From an uncultured delta proteobacterium (GTDB lineage: Bacteria; Myxococcota_A; Polyangia; Fen-1088), in NCBI GenBank assembly GCA_963767925.1, contig CAVYGB010000008.1:1824001-1888000 (forward strand): 64,000 nt of DNA. The letters run 5' to 3'. Position 1 is the first letter of the stretch; every line of letters begins with the position of its first letter. Shown here one piece after another: positions 9,110 to 17,274 of the stretch. The translations under genes were made by a program, and so were the position numbers. Under the pieces are notes generated by a model. The model was given only the letters and a program-made list of their open reading frames with translations, was not told the DNA's origin and did no database searches.

Positions 9110-11503
9110 ATGCGTAAGTTAGCTGCCGCCCTCGTTGTAGCGTTCTCAGGCATCGGCGCCGCCCAGGCGGCGCCCGAGGCCGCCAAGTGCACGGCCAAGT
9201 TCGACCCGATGAACCCCGCGTCGATGAACTGCTTCGCCGACGAGATCTTCATCCTCGACGGGTCGACGCCCTACTCGGCGACCGTCACCACCCCGATCGC
9301 CGACTGCGCCGACAAGGCCGGCATGGCCGGCGTGAAGGACTCGAAGAACTGCCTCTTCGGGGCGGATCAGTCGAAATACCTCACCATCGAGCCGGTGGAA
9401 GCGGCCGCCCTCAAGGCGATCGAGCTCATCCGGGCCAAGCAGCCCCAGTTGCCAGAGTGGGACGAGGTGGTGGTCTTCACCGCCGACTTCGGACCCACCA
9501 GCGCGACCGGCCCGCTGTTTTACCGGGCGGCGAACGCCACCATCCAGCCGATCAACCCGGTCAACGGCATCGGCCTTCCGGTCGTCGACCGTGACCCGAC
9601 CAAGCCCTACATCGGCATCGTGAGCGCGGGGAACACCAAGACCCTGCCGGCCAACCTGGCCAGCGGGGCCTTCGGCCCCTGCGGCGCCGCCCCTCGCCGA
9701 CCGATCGATGACCCCGCCCCGCAGACGGCGGCCGCGCTCTGTGCACCGACGCTCTACAGCTACTTCGATGCGCTGGCACAGGCGACCGCCAACCTGTACG
9801 GGCCCTACCTCAAGGTCGACGCCGCAAACTTCGGCTCCGACCTCTGGAGCATGCCGGCCATCAAGACCACCCTCGTCGGCCTGGCCAACGGGGTGGTCTC
9901 GGCGAAGATCATGGGTGGCCCGGCCACCAACGTGTGGAACGGCCTGGTCAACACCCGCGGCTCGATCCTCGGCGGCAACACCTTCACCGACAACGGCAAC
10001 GGCACCTTCTCGATCACCCGCCCCCCGGCGTTCCAGGGGGTCAGCGCCCCCTACGAGAGCAGCCAGGCTCTCCGCTTCCAGGCGCTCGACCTCTACGCCA
10101 TGGGCATGTTGCCCTCCACGGCGGTGCCGCCCATCCAGTCGTTCATGCACGCCGCCCCCGGCGACGTCTACCAGCCCGCCGGGATCAACGGCTTCAGCGG
10201 GGTCGTGGGTCCGGCGATGGGCACCCGCGTGAGCGGCGTCTCCATCCGCGGCAAGGCCGGCAGCGCCGGGAAGTCCGTGCCCCGGCTCATCAACTTCGGC
10301 GACGTCGTCGGCGCCAGCGGCGGTGAGCGGACCCCGGCCTACGGGACCGCCCCCCAGCAGATCCGCCAGCTCTGGGTCATGGTGGCCAAGCCGCTCGCCA
10401 TGATGGACATCGCGGCGGCCGACGGCGGCGCCAAGAAGGAAGACCAGCTCAAGGACCAGAGCACGCAGCTCAGCACCCTGCAGCGCGCTCGGCGGGCCTT
10501 CGGTCAGTACTTCTACACGCTGACCAGCTACAAGGGCCGGGTCTACACGACGGGCGATGGTGCCACCGCCGATGACAACGCCTACTGGGAGTTCGGTGGC
10601 GCGCGCGACGACGCGGCCGCCTTCAAGCCCCAGGGCGCGCTCAAGCTGGCGATCAACGGCCAGGAAGAGATCCCGAACTCGGGCGGCAAGCAGCTCAGCG
10701 TTCTGCGGGTAACCGAGACGTCGGGCACCGACGGGCGTATCAAGTTCGACCGGGCGCTGCACCCCATCCGGATCGACGGCAAGCAGGACGTCGGCTCGGC
10801 GCCGGCCAACGTGCTCTCCATCCGCATGCGGGTCCCCTCCGACGCGAACCTGCTGGCGGAGCTCAAGAAGGACTCGTCCGGGGAGAAGGGCTTCTACTCG
10901 ACCTTCATCTTCGAAGGTGGTGGCAAGTCGGTCTCCTTCGACCTGCCCAACGAGAAGGGCTTCCTGGTTCCCGATGGCAAGTTCCGGACCTACGCCGTCA
11001 ACGTCGGGGCCAACGCCGACTTCAAGGCTGGGGTGTGGGACAGCTTCACCTTCATCCCCTCGAACCGCGCCGCCAACGACATCGAGATCGAGTTCATCAA
11101 GGTGGGCTGGGTCGACGGTCCCAAGGACGCCGACAAGAACTGCGCCGACGCCGACGAGGGCGACGGCTGGATCGACAACGTCGAGGACAACTGCCCCCGC
11201 CTCTTCAACCCGGACCAGGCGGACGGCAACAACGACGGCGTGGGCGATGCCTGCGAGGACTACGACGGCGACAACAAGCTCAACGCTTGTGACAACTGCC
11301 CCACCACCACCAACACCTCGCAGCGTGACGCCAACGGCAACAAGATTGGTGACGCCTGCGACGGCTCGAGCTCCGGCGGCTGCTTCTTCCAGGAGAGCGC
11401 CGTGGCTGGAGACGTCACGCCCGGGTCGGCCCTGTTCGGGGCCAGCCTCGTCGTGTTCGGCGTGATGGTGGGCGGCGCGCTCCGCCGCCGCCGACGCCGC
11501 TAA
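9110..11503 (+). CDS. Secreted protein: degenerate zinc-metalloprotease-like domain, beta-sandwich, thrombospondin type-3 repeats, MYXO-CTERM-like sorting tail
   Basis: Signal peptide ending AQA; GNTFTDNGNGTF...LDLYAMG; DNCPRLFNPDQADGNNDGVGDAC and DNCPTTTNTSQRDANGNKIGDAC; C-terminus SSGGC + hydrophobic helix + RRRRRR. Confidence 0.85.
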   Translation: MRKLAAALVVAFSGIGAAQAAPEAAKCTAKFDPMNPASMNCFADEIFILDGSTPYSATVTTPIADCADKAGMAGVKDSKNCLFGADQSKYLTIEPVEAAALKAIELIRAKQPQLPEWDEVVVFTADFGPTSATGPLFYRAANATIQPINPVNGIGLPVVDRDPTKPYIGIVSAGNTKTLPANLASGAFGPCGAAPRRPIDDPAPQTAAALCAPTLYSYFDALAQATANLYGPYLKVDAANFGSDLWSMPAIKTTLVGLANGVVSAKIMGGPATNVWNGLVNTRGSILGGNTFTDNGNGTFSITRPPAFQGVSAPYESSQALRFQALDLYAMGMLPSTAVPPIQSFMHAAPGDVYQPAGINGFSGVVGPAMGTRVSGVSIRGKAGSAGKSVPRLINFGDVVGASGGERTPAYGTAPQQIRQLWVMVAKPLAMMDIAAADGGAKKEDQLKDQSTQLSTLQRARRAFGQYFYTLTSYKGRVYTTGDGATADDNAYWEFGGARDDAAAFKPQGALKLAINGQEEIPNSGGKQLSVLRVTETSGTDGRIKFDRALHPIRIDGKQDVGSAPANVLSIRMRVPSDANLLAELKKDSSGEKGFYSTFIFEGGGKSVSFDLPNEKGFLVPDGKFRTYAVNVGANADFKAGVWDSFTFIPSNRAANDIEIEFIKVGWVDGPKDADKNCADADEGDGWIDNVEDNCPRLFNPDQADGNNDGVGDACEDYDGDNKLNACDNCPTTTNTSQRDANGNKIGDACDGSSSGGCFFQESAVAGDVTPGSALFGASLVVFGVMVGGALRRRRRR

Positions 11504-11524
11504 CCCGACGGTCCGTCGACTCCC

Positions 11525-11561
11525 AGAGGGGAGGTCCTTCGGGACCTCCCCTCTTGTTTTT
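11525..11561 (+). terminator. Rho-independent terminator
   Basis: 13-bp stem AGAGGGGAGGTCC / GGACCTCCCCTCT with a TTCG loop, followed by TGTTTTT. Confidence 0.92.
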
Positions 11562-12649
11562 CAGGGGAAAGGGAGCCCGCGCAGGCCCGCGCCGTGCGGG
11601 GCCTCCAGGGAGAACCTTCTGCCGGTGGGCGCCTGGATCTGGACGGCGGGGAGAGCACCGGGTGGGCGGAGGTCACGGGCCTCGAACCGGCAGGGGCCCG
11701 GGGAGACCAGGCGCGCGGGGGACGACACGCCCTCCCCGGTCAGGCGCAAGCTGGGGGCGCCCGCCCGGGCCGCGGGTTGTCGCAGGGGGCCGACGGGGGT
11801 GAGCGAACGCCCGTCGAAGAGGAGCGAGGAGGTCTCGCCGCTGCGGTCGACGGACAGGTGCACGGCCCGCCCTCCTGGAGCCGGCGTCAGGCGCAGCTCC
11901 TCGACGTCGCCGGGGATGGCCACCTCCGGGCCGAGGGTCATGCTCGGCAAGTCGAGCGATCGGACAGACAGCGCCCGCAACCGCGGCGACCGCCCGGGCT
12001 CGCGGACGAGCCGTCCGGCCCGCAGGTAGACCACGGTTCGCCGATCGGGGGACTGGACGAACCCGAGCACCCTGCCCTCCTCGGCGGTCACCTGGCGGTA
12101 GGTCCCGCTGGCCGGGAGCCAGGCCAGGATCTCCTGCTCGAGGCCCAGGTAGAGCACCCCGCTGGCCGGCAGGAGCACCGGCGGAGCCCGGCGAGCCAGG
12201 AAGAGGACCGCCTCGGCGAGACCGGCTCCCCAGGTGCGCCCGGCCGCTCCGAGGGCCTGCTCGAGCGGCCTCCGCTCGGGCCGCGCCTGCAGCGGCGCCA
12301 GATCGGCCGCCTCCCGGATGGCGAGGGCCCAGGGCACGAAGGCGGCCCGGGCCAGCTCCGCCGCTTCTGCTGCCGCCTCGGCAAAACGCTCTTCCTGGGC
12401 GAAGGCGCAGGCGATGTTCAACCGCGGCGCCAGGAAGCTCGGATCGGCCTCCAGCGCCGCCCGGTAGCGATCGCGGGCCTCCTGCCAGCGGCGCTCCCGA
12501 TACGCCTCGCGCCCCTTCCGGTTGAGCTCGAAGGCCGCCGCCACCGGCCGGCGAAAGGGGTGGTCCCGGGCGGCCGGGTCGGTGCAGGGACAGAGACAGG
12601 ACGCCGCCGCCCGCTGGGCGAACATCAGGAGCAGGACCTTCCCGATCAA
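11561..12649 (-). CDS. TPR-containing exported protein with beta-rich C-terminal region
   Basis: Only the 3' part of ORF 11561..14302 looks protein-like (LNRKGREAYRERRWQEARDRYRAALEADPSFLAPRLNIACAFA); probable TTG start overlapping the upstream TGA. Confidence 0.7.
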   Translation of the reverse strand: MIGKVLLLMFAQRAAASCLCPCTDPAARDHPFRRPVAAAFELNRKGREAYRERRWQEARDRYRAALEADPSFLAPRLNIACAFAQEERFAEAAAEAAELARAAFVPWALAIREAADLAPLQARPERRPLEQALGAAGRTWGAGLAEAVLFLARRAPPVLLPASGVLYLGLEQEILAWLPASGTYRQVTAEEGRVLGFVQSPDRRTVVYLRAGRLVREPGRSPRLRALSVRSLDLPSMTLGPEVAIPGDVEELRLTPAPGGRAVHLSVDRSGETSSLLFDGRSLTPVGPLRQPAARAGAPSLRLTGEGVSSPARLVSPGPCRFEARDLRPPGALPAVQIQAPTGRRFSLEAPHGAGLRGLPFP

Positions 12650-14328
12650 GGCCGGGGCTCCAGCGAGAGCCCCAGCAGGTCGAGGCGCCCGCTCTCGCTG
12701 CACAGGCCCCGCACCCGCCGGCTGACGAGGAGGGCGTCGTCGTGGCGGTAAAGGAAGACAGCCGGCAGCTCGTCGGCGATCACCCGCGCCAGACGGGAGG
12801 CCAGCGCCTCCCGGGCCTCCCGCAGCTCGACGATCCGCAGCTCGTCCAGCAGGCCCTGGACCTGGGGCGAGCGAGACCCCCCCGGGTTGAAGCGCCCGGA
12901 CTCGCCGAGGAGCGGGCCGAGATCCTCCCCGGCCCGCCCGCGCCAGGTGAGCGGCACCAGATCGAAGGCCCGCTCGCGCAGGCGCTGCAACAGCACGCCC
13001 GGCTCGACCGCGGCGGATTCCAGACGGATGCCGGCCCGCTGCAGGTGGGTGGTGAACCGCCGCAGCTCCACCTCGAGGGCCAGGCCCGCGGCGGGAGCGT
13101 GGATCAAGGTCAGGCGCAGCGGGACCCCGGCGCGCTCGCGCACCCCATCGCCGTTCCGGTCCAGCCAGCCGGCCTCGGCCAGGGTCCGCTCGGCGCGCCT
13201 GGGATCGAAGGTGTCCGGGGGCACGGCGCCGAGAGGCGCGGCGATCGGCTCGGCCAGCCCCTCGTGGATCTCCTCGGCGAGCGCGGCGCGGTTCCAGAGC
13301 AGCGACAGGGCCGTGCGGACGGCGCCGTCGGCCAGCGCCGGGTGGCGGTGGTTGAGGGCCAGGAACGAATACCGCTCGCCCCGCAGGCGGCGCAGGTCCA
13401 CGCCAGGGGCCAGCGCGGCCCGGCGAACCTGCTCGGGATAGTGGGCCAGCGGGACCTGGGGCCAGAGATCCACCTCTCCGCCGCGGGCCCGGATCAGCGC
13501 CCGCCAGGCGTCCGGCTCGACCTCGAACCGCACCTCCTCCGGCCCGCCGGCCCCCCGCCAGGAGGACGCGCTGCGCGTGAGCCGGATCTGGCGCTTGCGG
13601 TCCCAGCCGGCAAACTGCATCGGCCCGGTGCCGACCGGCCGGTCCCGCGAGGCGCCCCCCGGGTTCCGGGGGTGGCGGGCGAAGGCCGCCGGCACGATCG
13701 GCACGTCGCAGAGGGCCGCCAGGACCTGGCGGTTGGGTCGCGTGAGCTGCAGCCGCACGGCGCCCGCGCTGGGCTGGACCGCCCGCACGTCGGCCAGCGC
13801 GGCGGCCGCCGCCAGGAGGCGACTCCGGCCGCCCAGGAAGGCCTCCACGCTCGTCTGGACGTCCGCCACGGTGAGCGGCTTGCCGTCGTGCCAGCGCACG
13901 CCAGGACGAAGCTGGAGCGCCAGGGAGGCGCCGTCGGCGGCCCACTCCCACCGCTCGGCCAGCGCGGCCCGCACCTCGCCCCCCCGGCACTCGACCAGCG
14001 GCTCGTAGACGAGGCCGCTCACCACGTCGAGGGTCGATCGGGGCGGATCGTCGAGGGGATCGAGGTGTGGCGGCTCGTGATCGAGCAGCACCGACAGCGT
14101 GCCACCGCGGGCCGGCGGCGCCTGCTCCCCAGCTCGACACGACGGCACCAGCGCGCCGTCCCCTGCCCCCTTGGCGACAGCGCGCTGCCCGGACGAGGCG
14201 TCCCCGGGCCCCCCTCCCGCCGCAGCTCGCGGAAGCCCGCGCGAGCCCCGGCAGGCCCAACCGAAGAGGACGGCGGCGGCGACGGGGGCGCAGGCCGCGC
14301 ACACGACCTTACGTAGCGACGCCCTCAT
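12646..14328 (-). CDS. ABC transporter substrate-binding protein, family 5 (OppA/DppA-like), probable lipoprotein
   Basis: LVYEPLV, LAERWE, LRPGVRWHDGKPLTVADV, PVGTGP, LAEAGW.DRNGDGVRE. Confidence 0.9.
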   Translation of the reverse strand: MRASLRKVVCAACAPVAAAVLFGWACRGSRGLPRAAAGGGPGDASSGQRAVAKGAGDGALVPSCRAGEQAPPARGGTLSVLLDHEPPHLDPLDDPPRSTLDVVSGLVYEPLVECRGGEVRAALAERWEWAADGASLALQLRPGVRWHDGKPLTVADVQTSVEAFLGGRSRLLAAAAALADVRAVQPSAGAVRLQLTRPNRQVLAALCDVPIVPAAFARHPRNPGGASRDRPVGTGPMQFAGWDRKRQIRLTRSASSWRGAGGPEEVRFEVEPDAWRALIRARGGEVDLWPQVPLAHYPEQVRRAALAPGVDLRRLRGERYSFLALNHRHPALADGAVRTALSLLWNRAALAEEIHEGLAEPIAAPLGAVPPDTFDPRRAERTLAEAGWLDRNGDGVRERAGVPLRLTLIHAPAAGLALEVELRRFTTHLQRAGIRLESAAVEPGVLLQRLRERAFDLVPLTWRGRAGEDLGPLLGESGRFNPGGSRSPQVQGLLDELRIVELREAREALASRLARVIADELPAVFLYRHDDALLVSRRVRGLCSESGRLDLLGLSLEPRP

Positions 14329-14449
14329 GGATGCCGCCGCCGACCTTGCGGGGCCAAAACCCCTGTGTTAATCAGGACTAGCACAGCGGCCGCGCGCACC
14401 CCGCGAGGGTTTTGCCAGCAGTTGGGCCCTTGGCAAGGAGAGAACATCC

Positions 14450-15181
14450 ATGTCCGCAGCTCGATTCGGCCTCGTGGTGGTGGTTCCGGCCGTTGCCGGC
14501 TTTCTCGGCTCATCCTGGCTGGCAGCGCCCGCGTTCGGCCAGGGCCAGGCCCTCCCCGACATCAAGGTGAACTTGCCGGCGGCGCCCAACTTCGACGCCG
14601 CCACCGCGCCCCTGCAGCACCCGGGCGGCGAGTTCTCCGTGTTCGGCTTGCGCAAGAACATGAGCAAGCAGCTCGATAAGGACGTCCGGGTCAAAGGTTA
14701 CCTCCTTTACCTTTACGAGTGCCCCCCCGAGATTCGCAAGTGCAACGAGGAGCAGGATGCCAAGGCCAAGAAGGAGCGCCGGAAGGCGCTGGCCCGGCCC
14801 GCCTCGGCTCCTCCCGTCGCGGTCGAGACGCCCAAGGGCGGGTGCCGCCCCTGCGAGCAGCCCCACTTCTTCCTGAGCGACGCCCCCGACGGGAAGATGG
14901 AGCGGGCCCTGCTGGTGGCCGACTACCCGATCAAGGACTGGAACAGCGGCCGGCCCAAGCCCCTGGTCGTGAAAACCGGCGAGCAATACGTTGTCACCGG
15001 GACCTTCGCCATCAACTCGATCACCGGCTTCGGCGCCTCCAACGGCCTGCTCGTGCACAAGCGGACCGAAGATGCCGCCGGCAAGGTCATCGCCGAGGGC
15101 AACGCCGTCCTGCCGCCCGAGGCCCAGACCATCCAGCTCGAGGGGAAGCCCGCCGAGCCGTTGAAGACCGGCAAGAAGTAG
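14450..15181 (+). CDS. Secreted hypothetical protein (4 Cys, OB-fold-like strands)
   Basis: GGAG RBS, signal peptide, VRVKGYLLYLYECP...C...CRPCEQPHFFL...YVVTGTF. Confidence 0.75.
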   Translation: MSAARFGLVVVVPAVAGFLGSSWLAAPAFGQGQALPDIKVNLPAAPNFDAATAPLQHPGGEFSVFGLRKNMSKQLDKDVRVKGYLLYLYECPPEIRKCNEEQDAKAKKERRKALARPASAPPVAVETPKGGCRPCEQPHFFLSDAPDGKMERALLVADYPIKDWNSGRPKPLVVKTGEQYVVTGTFAINSITGFGASNGLLVHKRTEDAAGKVIAEGNAVLPPEAQTIQLEGKPAEPLKTGKK

Positions 15182-15202
15182 GAAAGACGAAGCAGGAAGG
15201 AG

Positions 15203-15862
15203 CTAGGGTTCTTTCCAGCAGGTGTTGGCGGGGCAGGAGGGGCTGCGGGTCACGGCGAAGATCGTGCCTGCCACCCCGGCCGTGACCACGCCCGCCAGGA
15301 CGCCCCAGAGCCAGGGGCTGCGAAGCCAGGAAGAGGTGGTCGTCGCGGGCGGGGGCGCCGGCGCGCTGACGATGTTCGGCGCCAGCGAGATCGGCTCCCG
15401 CCCGGCCGATGGGCCCCCCACCTCCGCCCGGGAGAGCGCGGGCGCGCCCGCAGGCGGGATCGGGATGGCGAGCTCCTGGACGCCGAGGGCGTCGTCGATG
15501 GTCCGGATCAGGTCCTCGACCATGGGCCGATGGGTGGTCGTGGGATCGGTGCGCAGGAGCTTCTCGTAGGCCGCCTTGGCCTTTCGCAGCTCCTGCGAGC
15601 GCCGATAGCTGTGGCCGATGTTGAGCAGGAACAGGGGCCGGGGCGCCGCCTGGTAACCCGACTCGAACTCGCGCGCGGCATCGAGGTATTTGCCCTGATC
15701 GTAGAGTCGGGACCCGCGCTCGAAGTGCTGGCGGGCGGTGTTCTCGTCCTCGCGGCTGGGAGGGGCCTGGGCGCCCGCGGGCAACCCGGTCGCCAGCAGA
15801 CAGGTCCCCACCAGCAGGGCGACCGTCGAACGGCAGGCGCCGCGGCCGCGGGCGACGCTCAT
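15203..15862 (-). CDS. TPR protein with signal peptide and C-terminal TM anchor
   Basis: ATG 15862 overlaps the upstream stop (ATGA); ARQHFERGSRLYDQGKYLDAAREFE...LLNIGHSYR; WLRSPWLWGV helix. Confidence 0.8.
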   Translation of the reverse strand: MSVARGRGACRSTVALLVGTCLLATGLPAGAQAPPSREDENTARQHFERGSRLYDQGKYLDAAREFESGYQAAPRPLFLLNIGHSYRRSQELRKAKAAYEKLLRTDPTTTHRPMVEDLIRTIDDALGVQELAIPIPPAGAPALSRAEVGGPSAGREPISLAPNIVSAPAPPPATTTSSWLRSPWLWGVLAGVVTAGVAGTIFAVTRSPSCPANTCWKEP

Positions 15863-17268
15863 TCGAGGCCTCGGTCGCGAAGCGACCCGTCGTCCTCTCC
15901 CCGCAAGTGCCCCACCTCGTGCAGCAGCGTCCGCTCGATGGCCCGATCGAGGTCCTCGGTCCCGTGCACGCTTCGCAGGATGTTCCGGCGGTAGAGCACG
16001 ATGGCCCGGGCCGGTACCGCCGCCGCCGGGCCCCCGGCCCGGCTCTCCGATTCGGGCAGCGATCCGCCCGCGGTGACACGGGCCTGGCGCCCCCGGGTCC
16101 CCCGGGCCGACACCGCGGTGGCGTCCCCGACCGCCTGCTCGCGGCCGAGGGGCAAACCCCGGAACAGGCCCAGGATAGTGGGGGACAGCGGCGGGCGCTC
16201 GGCGGTGAGATCCTCGGAGGCCGGGATCTCGGCGGTCTCGATGGGGATGCCATCGAGGTCCCGCTGGACGTCGGTCGGCAGGCGGACGGTGGCCGCCCGG
16301 ACCCGGCGCTCGAACTCCGAGGCGGAGACCTCGGGGACAGCGGGGAACGACTTGGGGTCGCGAACCGAAGCGTCCTTGAACAGGCGATCCGCCTCGACTT
16401 CTTTGCCCTCCCGCTCGCGGATGAGGGCGAGGTGGTAGAGGGCGTGGGCGTGGGTGGTGTCCTTGGCCAGCACGTCCTCGAAGGCCCGGCGCGCGAGCAC
16501 GAACTTGCACAGCTCGAAGTAGGCGACCCCCTGCTCGTAGCGGGCGGAGACGTCGGACTGGTTGAGCTTGCGGGCCTGGCGGAGCGGGTCGAGCGCTTGC
16601 GAGGCCCGTCCCAGATCGACGAGCGCCTGGCCCTCGAGCAAAGCCAGCCGGGCGGCGCGCAGGCGGTTCCGCCCGGCCAGCGTGCGGCGGCCCCGCTGGG
16701 CGTACTCCAGACCGATGCCGGTACGTTCGGCGCTGGGAGCGAGGCGGTTGATGTAAAGCTCTGCCGCCAGCTCGAGGCACTCGCCATCATCGGGCGCGAT
16801 GGCGAGCGCGAGCGCGAGCGCATCGCGCGCCTCCTCGAAGCGACCGAGGCGCATCAGGGCCAGCGCCCGGTTGTGGTGGGCCTCGACCGAGCGGGGCGCC
16901 TGGCGGGCCGCCTCCTCGGCGCAGGCGAGGACACCCTGGAAGTCGTCCTCGTCCTGGTAGGCGCCGGCCCGGTCGAGCAGGTCGTCGACCTGCAGATCCA
17001 CCCAGGCGGGCAGCTCGGGGAAACAGCGCCGGAGCGGACGGATCTCCGGAGACACACCATCCCGCTTCTGCACGCGCGCGCTCGCGCGCTGATCTCCCGC
17101 CCGGCTGTCTGGTTCACCGGCGGCCTCTTGCCGGTGGCAGGCGAGGCCGAGCACAGCGGCAAAGAGCGGGACTGCAAAGGCGAACAGTCTGGGTCCCGCG
17201 GACATTTCCAGATGCATCTTATCGCGCTTTTTGCTGGTCTCCCAGAACGTCGCGCGCCGAAAGTCCAA
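15859..17268 (-). CDS. TPR-repeat lipoprotein fused to Zincin_1-type metallopeptidase
   Basis: Multiple TPRs; ILGLFRG, IVLYRRNI, TLLHEVGHLRG; lipobox-like LGLAC; true start possibly ATG 17205. Confidence 0.85.
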   Translation of the reverse strand: MDFRRATFWETSKKRDKMHLEMSAGPRLFAFAVPLFAAVLGLACHRQEAAGEPDSRAGDQRASARVQKRDGVSPEIRPLRRCFPELPAWVDLQVDDLLDRAGAYQDEDDFQGVLACAEEAARQAPRSVEAHHNRALALMRLGRFEEARDALALALAIAPDDGECLELAAELYINRLAPSAERTGIGLEYAQRGRRTLAGRNRLRAARLALLEGQALVDLGRASQALDPLRQARKLNQSDVSARYEQGVAYFELCKFVLARRAFEDVLAKDTTHAHALYHLALIREREGKEVEADRLFKDASVRDPKSFPAVPEVSASEFERRVRAATVRLPTDVQRDLDGIPIETAEIPASEDLTAERPPLSPTILGLFRGLPLGREQAVGDATAVSARGTRGRQARVTAGGSLPESESRAGGPAAAVPARAIVLYRRNILRSVHGTEDLDRAIERTLLHEVGHLRGEDDGSLRDRGLE

Positions 17269-17274
17269 TTCGCC

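Noticed and set aside
6674..11503. Calling the pair traA/traB
   Set aside because: No OmpA domain, beta-barrel or TraA-type tandem Cys repeats recognisable; analogy only
11561..14302. 913-aa ORF, and similarly the 525-aa ORF 15203-16780
   Set aside because: The N-terminal parts are Arg/Gly/Pro-rich alternate frames of upstream genes; only the 3' parts are real
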